From: Lytechinus pictus
Taxonomy: Eukaryota
Direction: 5' to 3'
Assembly: GCF_037042905.1 (NCBI RefSeq)
Contig: NC_087245.1
Coordinates: 25,298,001 to 25,362,000, forward strand
DNA: 64,000 bases
The notes under the pieces were generated by a model. The model made no database searches, was not told where the DNA came from, and worked only from the letters and a program-made list of their open reading frames with translations. Positions 1 through 11,975 of the stretch are shown piece after piece. Both the position numbers and the translations under genes were made by a program. How positions within the stretch are numbered: the first letter of the stretch is position 1; every line of letters starts with the position of its first letter.

Positions 1-1379
1 GAGACAGGTTCCAGACTCAGCCAGTCACCCCGGAGGAACTGACCACTGCATCTTCCTTGGCAAAGGAGATGGCTGCCCAAGCTGAGAATAATGAAGAGAG
101 TAAAGAGAAAGATGAAGACATTGCCCGTGAAGTTAAGAAAGAGGAGGTCGAAGACACAATGAATACGCAAGACAGGATCAGGGAGGAAATTCGTCAAGCG
201 AAATTGAGGGAAACAATTGTGGAGGAACCGTCTGAGGAATCTGATGATACTAGTAGTCGACTGCCATCGATGGCAGAAGAAGAGGAACCCCCAGCAGATG
301 TCCAGGAGGATGAATATTCCAAATTAACTCTATCTGAGAAAATGAGACTGTTTAAAGAGAAATCAACAGAAGGGACTAAGCCACCTCCAAAAGTAGAACC
401 TCCAAAGCGCAAACGGAGAAGTGAATCAAGATTCAGAACTCAACCCATCACTGTAGATGAGGTTAAGAAAGCAGCTGTGTCTCCTTTAGCAAAGAGTTTT
501 TCACGGCCGCCAAGTGTGGAAATCCTTGGTGCTTTGCCCATAGCTCAGCAGGTCTCGATGGTCTATGGGGAATCCAATGCGACTCCTCACCCTGCCACTA
601 TGAACGGTCGAAGTGTTTCGTCAACGCGCAGGAGTTCCAACTCAGATTTAAAAGAAGCAATGAAAGACACTGCAACAAAAGACACTGCATCAAAAGACAC
701 TGCCACTCCAAAACAGCTGCCTAAGAAGGAAGCAGAAGTGAAGCCTCAGTCCTACAAGGATACTGTAAAGAAGCAGAAGAACCTGATGGCTCTGTTGGCA
801 TCTGAAATTAAAGGTACATCAAAAGAAGATGAAGAAGTTGAGCACCCAAAGACTGAAGCTGTGGATGCAAGTATAAAGATGGCTAGGTTAGGTCATGATG
901 TGACATCACCGACTGAGGAGAAAGAGCCCATCTTAGAATCTGTAGAGACAAAAAGTGTTGATCAGACTCAAGCAGCTCGTGTAGCTGCCAGCAGAAAGAA
1001 AGACAGTGTTCCTCAGAAAGCTCCACCAAGTCCAAAAACGAGACATTCACTTATTCAGAAACAAGGCACAAGCGAGACGCTGTCGAGCTCCAAGAAGCAG
1101 CTATCGAGTCCCGAGAAGAAGTTGACCAAACCTCAGCCCCACCCTAGGAGTCCTCAGAACATCCGGCGTAACGGAACTGCCAAGAGTACGAAAGACGCTG
1201 CTCCTCCCTCACCCGTGCCCTCTCCTAGGAGATCAAAGATGGGGTCTCCTGCATCGATGCGGAGGCAGGACTCCCAGGATGGGGATATCTCAAGTGGTGC
1301 AGAGGACGGGAAGAGGATTGTGAATTGTGCCGCCAAGGGATCGTCCTCAGAGTTTGCCACACCTCAGAGGGAAAAAAAG
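1..1379 (+). CDS. SVIL: Supervillin large N-terminal exon (5' end outside window); disordered S/P/K/E-rich region
   Basis: Frame is open from position 3 (DRFQTQPVTPEEL...). Contains KLTLSEKMRLFKE and RFRTQPIT. Donor AAG|GTAAGG at 1380, phase 0. Confidence 0.9.
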
Positions 1380-1661
1380 GTAAGGAAATAAATCAATGAA
1401 TTAAAAAATGTAAAGTACGCAATCCATATCAGAGAGATAGCATTTTGGTTAAGAGTGAAACCTTGGAAAATGAGTGCCTACATGAGAGGGATGTTTTTTC
1501 CCCATTTTCCATTTTAGACAACTTTGAAGTTATTTCTGGCATTATTCTTGGCATCATTCATGAAAGTATTAATCTTCGTTATGTTCTTTTATGTGTGAAT
1601 TTTGTAATTGTCTGTTTAAGGGTTTTAAATACAGTCAGAATTTCTAGCCCCAGATCCTTAA

Positions 1662-2265
1662 AGGTCAAGTCCACCCGAGAAAATTGTTGATTTGAATCGA
1701 TATAGAAAATCAAACAAAAATAACGCTGCAAGTTTCATCGAAATCGGATGTAAAATAAGAAAGTTATGACATTTTTAAGTTTCGCTTATTTTTCACAAAA
1801 AAGTTCAATGCGCAACTCAGCGATATGCAAATGAGAGAGTCGATGATGTCCATCACTCACTATTTCTTTTGTTTTTTATTGTTTGAATAATACAATATTT
1901 CAATTTTTACAGATTTGACAATAAGGACCAACTTAACTTAACCATAAACTGTTAAAATTATGGTAATTGCACATGTTCAGGGAGTAATAAAAATTTGTTT
2001 CACTTGACAAGGAGGAGAAAATTAGAATATTCCATATTTCATATTATAAAATACAAAAGAAATAGTGAGTGGGTGACATCATCTGTCTGCCAATTTGCAC
2101 ACCGACCAGGATGTGCATGTAACTGTTTTGTGAAATTAAGCGAAACTTTAAATATGTCATAACTTTCTTATTTTACATCCGATTTTGATGAAATTTTTAG
2201 TTTTTTGCTTGTTTAATTTTTCTCCTTTTTTTCAAATCAATTTTTTGTTGGGGTGGACTTGTCCT
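1662..2265. mobile_element. Non-autonomous DNA transposon, Kolobok-like (TTAA TSD, AG...CT termini)
   Basis: TTAA|AGGTCAAGTCCACCC ... GGGTGGACTTGTCCT|TTAA, plus long imperfect subterminal inverted repeats (AAATCGGATGTAAAATAAGAAAGTTATGACAT and its reverse complement). Confidence 0.85.
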
Positions 2266-2710
2266 TTAAGCCTTCACTAAACTAAAATGTGAAAGAAGCG
2301 AGAGAACAGTACATGTAGTTTGAATGTACATCAACTTAGCAATAGAGGGAGACATACATACATGTTTATTGGGGATCATGTACATGGATGAGTTATCTAG
2401 TCAGGTGAAAAAAGAGGTCAGATGCATCCTACCATTCAAAAAGTTTGTTGGTTCACTTTATTTGTATTGCCCTATCTGGAAATGAATGAATAGGAATCCA
2501 TTACTTGAAGATTTTGTCATTTATTTAATTGCAATAATAAAGCATAGAATAAAAAAAAATGAGGCTAATTAAAACCTATATCAAAACCCCTCTCACTCTT
2601 GTTTCTTCCTCCTATTTCTCCGCTCACTCTCTCTTTCTCTGCCTCCGCCATCTCCCTCTCGCTCTCTCACTCTTCCCCTTCCTCCATCCCCTCTCTCTGT
2701 CTTTTCTCAG

Positions 2711-2847
2711 GCGGACCAAAAGATTAAAGAGAGTAGCTCTGAATCAGAGGCTGAGGTTAGACAGAGGGTTTCCCCGGTCACAGAGGAACACGTTGCCCTC
2801 ATCAAGAAGAAATCCAAGAAAAATAGTACTGCTGAGAAAAGAGACAG
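2711..2847 (+). CDS. SVIL: Supervillin exon (ADQKIKESSSESEAE...NSTAEKRD-R)
   Basis: Long CT tract ending TTCTCAG acceptor; phase 0 in; donor AG|GTAGGA, phase 2 out, which matches the exon at 41754. Confidence 0.85.
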
Positions 2848-3190
2848 GTAGGAACACATATTTCTATTACGCATCTATAATAAAAAAAAAAGAAGAATAA
2901 ATTGACGCATGGCATAAGATTGGGATTGAACCAATCAATCTTAACTATGGATGGCCCGCAACACCATCATCTAGAATGCAGATGGCCAGTCAGAGTGCTG
3001 TTTTAATGTGATGAACAGTCAATTATGCTCCGTTGTTTGGACGACCAATTGATAACGTTCTTTGTTGACAATGATATACATTTACTTGATTAAATGTCAC
3101 TGATTAATTGTCACTGTCGTAGATGACTTAGTTGAGATTGATTGGATCAACCACAACTCTTCATGAGACAAGGCCAAGGTCAATCTTTTT

Positions 3191-3460
3191 GGGCGCGTCG
3201 TGGTCTAGTAGTTCTGACTCTCGCCTTTCAAACAGAGGGTCATGGGTCCAAATCCTAGCCATGGCATGTTTTCCTTCAGCAAGAAATTAATCCACACTGT
3301 GCTGCACTAGACCCAGGTGAGGTGAACAGGTACCCGTCAGGATTATTTGAATGCACTTAGCGCCGGTGATGGTAGCTCGAGCTAAAGCCGGGGTAATGAT
3401 AGCAGCGCTTTGTATCCTCAGGCAAAACGCGCTATATAAATCCAGCTATTATTATTATTA
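3191..3460 (+). mobile_element. tRNA-derived SINE with L2-like (ATT)n tail
   Basis: A box TGGTCTAGTAG; degenerate B box GGGTCCAAATCC; central CCTTCAGCAAG...GACCCAGGTG...GGTACC; tail AGCGCTTTG...GCGCTATATAAATCCAGC(TAT)n; possible ATCTT TSD. Confidence 0.85.
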
Positions 3461-6400
3461 TCTTAATTAGTATTTGATCTTGGCCTTGTCTTATGAGTAC
3501 TCTTTATAAGATTGGACCTATTCTATGTAATCCATATTCTTCAGGTGTCCCTAATGTGTATGCTAAAGGATAAGGATAGGGAGTGTTACAAGAGGCAAAG
3601 AAGAACAAATAAAGAAAGGTATAAAAGGGAAGAATGCATTGTTGTGTTGGGGAAAAGAGAAAGTAATGGAGTAATTTTTACCATGACTTTCTGTTCATGG
3701 TGAGTAAGGACAATTGGATGTAGGCAGAAACGAGGGAAAGAACGGTTGCAAGACGGAAGATATGAAGTGGAATGGGGAAGGAGATACTGAAGATAGGAGA
3801 ATGTGGATAAATAAAGGAGAATATATGAAAGAATGGAAAGTGGAAAGAAAAAAAGATACACATAAAAGGAAAAAAATACAAACGTCAAATCTCCTGCATA
3901 TCCACACTTAATGAGTGATCGCAGCAATACATGATAATCAATTTTATGTACTGTATGATATTTATTTTGTGTTTGTAACCTTGTATTGCATGTACCTGTC
4001 CATACGTACAGAAACTGTTCCAAATATTTGGTAATGTTTCCTGCCTGTTGATATTTAGATTGAAGCTAGGTCATTTAGACATTTTTTTTAATCGGATATT
4101 GCACTCCTCCATTCGCCAAGTCTGTGTTTTGTAATTATGGATTAGTCATCCCATTTGAGCATTCCACACCCTCATGCCAATTGAAAACCATGCTCATAAA
4201 CCCGTAAACTCTGAGAGATGTTCTCCAAACTTCCCACGTCATTGTTGTTACATAGTGAGGAAGTCAAATATCAAGTCAAATGGCTATGAATAGGCCTACT
4301 TGATCAGCTGGAAGAAAAGTACAAGGGACAGCTAGAAATTGTGCTTCATTTTTTTTGCTTTGTATATTATTGAGAAATTATCTGGATATTATTATTGCTG
4401 AGCTGTGTTTATTTTTTCTGATGCAATGAATCATTTCTTTAACAACTTCAATTGTTTTCTCATTAATATATAACTTTCTATAGCAAGGATCATTTTGTTG
4501 TAAAATAGCTTATCTAACAGATTTTTATAGTAATTTTTAGTGTCAAGATTATGTAATATTTCAGAAGAGGTATTAGTCTATAGGCCAACCTGTACAATTT
4601 ATCAATTTGCATTTATTTCAAAGGCAGTCATGTGTATATGTATATTTTGCATAAGTCAATTAATATCAGTCTTATACAAGGTGTTTGGCCTGAATGGTAT
4701 CATCTTCAGATTACAAAATATAATTATATAGTTCTATCAGGTAATATGAAAATGATAATAGCAGCAAGTTCATGATGCAGTGAATAAAAAGCTGTGTACA
4801 GAGGTGAAGCCTTTCTCATTCAGCATATTGTTAGGTCATTTTCTAAAATTGGTGCAAGATTATTCACTAATTGATGATTAATTTGTGGGTTTGCCTATAT
4901 TGCCCTAGTCATCCACGCCACAGTCCTTTATTGAAAAAAAGAAAATATTCTGCTCGCCAGATCTGTGGCGTAGCTATATTTGAGATTGGCTGAATGCTAC
5001 CTTGTTGAACTGTAGATGTTTTATGAAGTATCGTATGAGTAATTGTCTGTTTGCTGCCCAGACCAATCTGAGCCGGACTTGGTGAGTGTAATTGACGTTT
5101 AGCTGACCTAGGAACAGTTGGTTTGGCCAATGACCAGCAGTGTGAATGACCAGTGGTTTGTCAGTTTGTAGTCTCGGTGATGGGTCCATTTTACAATATG
5201 GTTTGAAGAAACCATATGTAGCATACCTAATAAATGAGGCACTTTGAGCATCTTCTGCTGCTCGGACAAGTTCTGATATCGTTCCCCTTTTTAACTCTTG
5301 ACAATGTGTGCGTCTGCTTTTCATCAGATTTAAAATCAACCATGTTGGTTTTTTTTTGCACTTTTGCCTTTTTGAGCACCCCCCCTCCTCTCCATGAGAT
5401 TGCTTGGGGTGTTTCACTGGGTTTTTCACTTTTTTTTAAGGTGGGATTTTTTGCTGTCCTATTTAAATCTGTGTTTAATATTATCATCTCTTTATTGATA
5501 TATTATCATGAAATAATTGTAATGTAAATATTATTTCAAAATAACAACTTCTTCTTTCTGTTTCTCAACAAATATTAACCCCACTTAATGAATCCCCAAA
5601 ACCCATCTCATTGACTAATATACGAAATGACACCCTCAAAAAGGCTTTGTAATTGAGACTAGCTGTAGCAGTCATCATTGACAGAGCGATGATATCTTGA
5701 CATCTCAAATTATGGAAGTGCGTTCAGTGCTGATTTTTACTCCTTGCTGACTGATCTTCACAATAACCCGGTCACTAAGATATGAAGTTTGGTAATTGCT
5801 TGGTATTATACATGTTATATGTAGTTTGTGTTAGCTTTGGGATGTACACTGATTTTCCAACTTCTTTTGATTCATTTTGAGGTTTCAGTAAATTGAGGTA
5901 AGTTTTTTTTTCTTATCAGTTGGCCTAATTATCGTTTCTGAAAAGAGAAGCTTGGCCTGTGGATGCATTTGATTATTCAATTGTAATTGACACCAAATAC
6001 TTAGGGATTGGATAAATTTAAACATATATGAATATGAATTATTATATTATTTATTGTCACAAAGTCACCAATGTTTCTATATTGACATGCGTAATGCAGG
6101 TGAGATTGCCAGGGGCATTCCATTCGTTAAATGATTTGTCTTTCCTTCTAAAAGCTATTTTCTTTCTAAATTTTTTTTTGAAAACAAATGGTTAATGTCT
6201 AAATAAATGTTTTACATCTGAATGAGATTAGAAAAAATATTGTCATGATGAAATATATACATTATTTCAATCATAGTTTGGTGCATTATCTTTGCCATGG
6301 ATATTAGATAAGGAGGATGAAATATGGCATTCCATAGGAGTGATTTAAATTCTGTGTTAATCTGGTTTTGAGCTCAGGTTAAATTATGGGAATCCGTCAA

Positions 6401-7403
6401 AGTTATCTATACTGGTGTTTTGTATTTCAAATTCATATTGCATAAAATAGTGATTATATTGGTGGTAGAATGCACACATAAACAGCTGGGAAAAGAAGGA
6501 GAGAGAGAGAGAGAGAGAGAAAAAAAAACTGACTCATATTTTTGGCAAATGGATTTGACAGATCCAATTAGACATTTTCATTTCTCCAAGTAAACCTTGG
6601 GGCCTTGTGTTTGTATGCGCAGATAGCAGGAGGTCCAGTTCCACCCAATATATCTTATATCGTCATCACCAAAAGCTCTGTGACCTGTCAAACAAAGATA
6701 TATATACTTGGGAGTGGAGAAAAAAAAGAGAACAAAACCTGCAGTGATAGAGGAAAAGGAAATTTGATTATTCTTTTTTTGTTTTGTTAAGGCATTGGAT
6801 ACGAGTGAAAAAAGTGCAAAGTGGGTTATAGGATTAGTAGTAATGAGCATCTGGGCAAAGGAACAAAAATTGCATATACATACTCTATATGCCAATTTTA
6901 TATTCAATGTATTTAATAGAAATACTGTCTTACATATGTGGATTTTCATTGCAACCATTTATTCAGCTTTTGAATGTGAATGACGTTTTCCTTCGGTTAT
7001 AACATTTTTGTTTGCTTGAAGTTAAAAAACATTTTTTGAGCCAGACACATTGTTTCTTTTGATTGTGTTTCATGAGTTGCGTTAAAATTGCGTTATTTCT
7101 TTTGAAAAGCATTATGACAACTTTCTGTGCAACATGCTCTATCGTTAAGTCATATCTTGCGAGAGCTAGATCCATGTAGAAAAATTTCCAATAGCAAATG
7201 ACAAAGATTGGGCCAGCACACACAAAAGGACATTACAAAGGGTGGATAGAAAATCATCAGTCTTCATTTCATCAACATTCTGTGTATTTATAGACCATTA
7301 CATCATCTGTATTCCCTGGGTATTGCAAACCAAGTTCAATTGTTGGTGTCCTAGGGGCATGAAACTTACTCGTTAGTGACCAGATGGAATGGTGTCCCAG
7401 AAC

Positions 7404-7827
7404 CAGACCTGCCAACCAGTGCGTTTTAGCCGTATTTAGTACGTTTTTGCAACCAAAATACGGCAGTACGTTTTTTCTTTGAAAAATACGTTTTTTGTAA
7501 TTTTTTTTTACTAAATCGTAATTTATTGAAAAAAATAATCTCTATTTCATAAAACGTGCACAAATATGGTTATTAGATCAATGTAATTTCAGGTAACTTG
7601 TTTTTTTTTTCAATCATTTTGTTCAAACCAGGGTGAAGATATACACATGTTTTAATGTTTTTTTTTTTCATCTGCAAGAGCAGTGCGCATTTTAGCTTGC
7701 ATGCAGCTTGAACGCCGCGATGAGCGAGTGCGCCAAGCATTTTATTATGAAATACACTTTTTTGGGGAAAATACAGTTTTTTTTATCACAGAATACAGTT
7801 TTTCATTCCCAGAGGTTGGCAGGTCTG
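7404..7827. mobile_element. MITE with 14-bp TIR and 6-bp TSD (hAT-like termini), copy 1
   Basis: CAGAAC|CAGACCTGCCAACC ... GGTTGGCAGGTCTG|CAGAAC. Confidence 0.88.
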
Positions 7828-7957
7828 CAGAACTGACACACCCAGTCCAGCTGAGAGGACTCCCTCTCCCATTCATGATGTAATAGGGGAGGAATGTTTG
7901 ACTGAATGAATGCAAGGAGATATCAACTCTTTTCGGATTTAATTTCAGATTTAGGAC

Positions 7958-8526
7958 CCCGGGGGGGGGGGGGGGGGGGCCACTTCCATTGACGAGTGGA
8001 TACCATGCGCGACCATGGGGTCTCAAAAAGCACCCTAAACACGTATTTTCCATATTCTGAAAGTATTGGCGTGTGAAACCCTACCCTTAACAAGTATTGG
8101 AAACAAAACGATACTCTTAATTGGCAAGTATATTCCCTGAAATGAACCCCTAAACAAGTACAGCGATATTTCATTGTACGTCACGGGTCCGTCGGTCATC
8201 GGTTTTACCTTTACACAAAGTTTGGTTTAGTACGGCCCCACCTTCCACAGCTCGCGCAAAGCGGACTCTAAACACGTGTTGGGGCAAAAAGGACATCCTT
8301 TATAAAACATTTTAATTTTGTTTTATCATCCCCGCAAATTAGACCCTAAACACGTAGCTTTCCTAGCGAAATAGATACCCTTTTTTCATTATTTTTGTGT
8401 TTTTGACACCCTTATCACGTTACGTACTTAACGTGCCCTATCTTGAAAAAGACATCCTTTTTACGTGTTTTTTTGGTCGCGCATGGTATCCACTCGTCAA
8501 TGTAAGTGGCCCCCCCCCCCCTTGGG
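7958..8526. mobile_element. MITE with poly-G/poly-C-tipped TIRs and 8-bp TSD
   Basis: TTTAGGAC|CCC(G)nCCACTTCCATTGACGAGTGGATACCATGCGCGACCA ... TGGTCGCGCATGGTATCCACTCGTCAATGTAAGTGG(C)nTTGGG|TTTAGGAC; internal CTAAACACGT-like repeats. Confidence 0.88.
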
Positions 8527-10606
8527 TTTAGGACTCAACTTGATTTCTTAAATTGTATGATCCCTCTACTGGCCATAAAGTAGTATTGCTAGAATGTTTA
8601 ATTGAATGCCAATCAATCGTTTGAAAAGGGGTTTCATATTTAAGGCTCATTTTTATTTTATGTACGAGCAGCACTTTTGTTCTTATTACATATGATGACA
8701 TGTGAATTGTTTCAATTATGCCTAGTATGTTTTATTGAGTCATAAATTTATGAAAAAAAGTTTTCTTGAACTGATATGAAAAAAAAAAACTTTTGAAATT
8801 ATATCATTTATGCAGGGTATGTTTAAAATGAAATACATAATGTAATTTAGAACAAGAACCGTGTCTACATTGGACCCAGTAGACCTGCTAAAAACAAACA
8901 TAATAAGTAAAACAAAGTTAATAATTGATAACATATAATAATAAAAAGAGTAGATAATTGATGTAAACTAGTTTTAGAGATGAATAAATACAGCAAATCT
9001 CCTAATAAACATTTGTTATAGATAAAATAACATTAATTTTTGTAATTGTTTTTTTTTTGTTTTATGCCAATGAAGCCAATCTTCTGTATGTGCAGTATGG
9101 GTTAATAGGAACCCAGGTGTTATGACTGAATGGTCATTTCTTTGAGCTTGATCCTATCAAACGACACTGAATTATTAATCTTCCATAATTGTGTTTGTCC
9201 AGCGGTCTGTTCACACTGTGACATGTATTAAAATGAATGTGCATGTAAAGACAACACCCCAGCGCCTTATGACTGCATTCTATGTACGCAATAGAAGATG
9301 ACAAGTGGTAGGGACCCATTTTGTTTTTTTCCCTTAAAGATCCTTTTCATCAGAAATATATCACATAAATAACATAATGTCATATGTCCTGAAATAAATA
9401 TTCTGGGTACCAGTATTTTTTTGTCTGTGAAGATGATTCTTTAGGTAATTTTATTTTTTTTCTTTTAATATATCAAATAGAGGAGTACACCTCACCTCAC
9501 CCTACATTACAATGACATTACAATTGGGGTCAATATAAAATCTTCAGATGTCTCATGATACAAATTGTAATGATTTCATAAATTTCTTGTTTTTGTTGGA
9601 TGTTTCTCCCAAATTTCACTATTTTGCATCTGTTTAATTTTCCATATTAGCTGGATTCCCCTTTAACAGACTTTAGGGAGAAGAGATACAGGAGAAGACA
9701 AGAAAGTATATACTAACACCTCAAATCAGGAAGAAGATTATATAAAATAAGGTAATTCCCCTAAATAAACTGAGAGGTAAAAGTTGGTGAAGGTGTATGA
9801 AAGGGTGAACTATAACCTCTTGAAACTTGAAAAAAAAAGGATTAATGGAGGCTTAGCCCTTATTTCCTTTCCCTTTATGATGATACGATAGACTTATCAT
9901 ACACCTCATTGTCTTCCCTCTGTACTTGTGGCTATGTGATATAATAGGAACAACAATAACAACAGTCCCAGCTCTGTTCTCTAGCTGTCTTCGAATTCAA
10001 AATAGGGGAGGAGCCTTATTTCTTTTGAGGAGCCCTTCCCGGTCCGAAGCACAAACTGAAAAAGATTACGCTTTAACCGTCTAGTCATATGTTATTGATT
10101 GGTAGCTCACTTGTGAAGGCTGCCTTTGACATGATGTCACACTGTTGTTCTGAAGCCATGCATGCACCTAATATACATGTGTCTTCACAAACTCGTTGCA
10201 AAACATATTTTTAAAGTTTATTATAGTGCGTACTGTTGGCGAGTATATGTTCTGAGTCATCGCAATATTAGCACTTGGCGTTCGTTCTAAACTTCAAGCG
10301 TAAAACAAAAGCCTTATCCAGGTTCATTTGTTGCTATTTGGACAGTTACACGTATTTGTGGAAATAATTTGAACAAGTATAAAGGTAAGAGAAAATGAAT
10401 TCAATATGGTGCTCTAGCCAAAGGGAACTTTTAAAGATATTAGCATAGGCTACTTCCTGAAAATAAAATAGAATCTGTATAGGTCCCATATCATTTATTG
10501 TGTATTTATAGGAGAGACCAACCTGCCATTCACTTTCCAAAACTACTTGCTAAAATGGTAAACCATTGATTTTCGTGAAGTTATGTATAATAATATTGCA
10601 TGATAG

Positions 10607-11047
10607 CTCACTCAATGAAGTCATTCTCCTGATTAATTATCATTTTAGCTTCTTTTAAAAATATGGAATCAATATTCATTCTAAAGATGAGTTCACAGCA
10701 TAGCTGCCCCTTCTGGGCACTTTGTTTGCACCAAATTCATATTTAAAAAAATATTGTGTGATACATAGCTCACTCTTGTTGTTGTTGTTCGTTTTGGGCC
10801 TGTTTCACGCCCTTGGTAGACACTTGGTGTTGAGAACTCAAAGGTAGAAAAACTGCTAGGTAATTGTTTTGTTGGCTAGTGAAGATGCTGCTCTACTGTG
10901 CACGACACCTCGATCCTCACTCAATGAATCCATTCTCGTAAGCAATCATCATTTTAGCTTCTTTTGGAAATATGGAATCAAAATTCATTCTCCAGATAAG
11001 TTCACAGTATAGCCATCCCTTCTTTGTTTGCATCAAGTTCATATTTA
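10607..11047. repeat. Diverged ~135-bp direct duplication (10607-10745 vs 10917-11047)
   Basis: CTCACTCAATGAA..CATTCTC...ATCATTTTAGCTTCTTTT..AAATATGGAATCAA...TTTGTTTGCA.CAA.TTCATATTTA occurs twice. Confidence 0.85.
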
Positions 11048-11849
11048 TTTTTTTGCCAGAGAGTTAGGGTGAGAGAGTGACAGGAGACAGGATCAGAGTA
11101 AGATCATGTTCATGTCTGTTCACAGTATATATCTCAAGTTTCTCCTCCAAACAGGTGTGAACGAATATTTGATATGCCAAGCTTTACACATGCTAATAGC
11201 CAGGTTTACACAGCAAGCTCTGAACATAACGTGGTCATGTTTTCATAAACTTTTGACCGAGTAGATCTTGGAGTTCGGAAATATGGAGATGCCCAAGTAC
11301 TCAGTGGTTATTTCATTTTGGCTAGATGGTGAAGCTAAACATAGTTGGATGATTTTCTCTATAAATAGGATGTTGATACTTTTCTTTTTGTGTTTGAATG
11401 TCTTAATGGTAATTTTCAGTTTGGTAGGATTTCATCAAGAAAATTAGTACAGTAATTAGTTTTTTTTAGCTAGTTTGGTGGAAGTCGGGGAAAAGTTTTT
11501 AAACAAATACCAGAGATGCATGCTTGAAACCATGTATTCAATCATTTGAGTGCAATTACATGTATTCTTTTTCTCCCAAGTAATCTGTTCTTTAATCTGC
11601 CTGAGTAAAATCTAGAAGATGAGGATGGCATAAGAACATCGCTACTGATGATTGTCTGATGTCACAACAGGGAAGGAGGTTAATTTTAAAGGTTGTCTAT
11701 TCTATTTGAAGAGTCTCATCTCGTATAATTGGGTTTTCTTGTTTTGAGAATGGTTTATATTAGTGCTCTTCTGTGAATCCATACTTGTAGCTGTTTTGAA
11801 AAAAAAATGGCAAACCATTATTGGCAATGATCGTTTGTTATGACAATCA

Positions 11850-11975
11850 TATAATGGTAATGATAGTTATTAATAGCATTAACAATGATAATTAAATAAA
11901 AATAGTGATGATAATAATGATAGAAGATATGCTGATGATGATACTAGCGATGTTATGATAATTATAATAATAATA
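11850..11975. repeat. Degenerate (ATA/ATG)n microsatellite
   Basis: Seen directly. Confidence 0.7.

Noticed and set aside
3191..3265. tRNA gene
   Set aside because: The B box is degenerate, there is no clean cloverleaf or T-run terminator, and it continues into a SINE body and tail.
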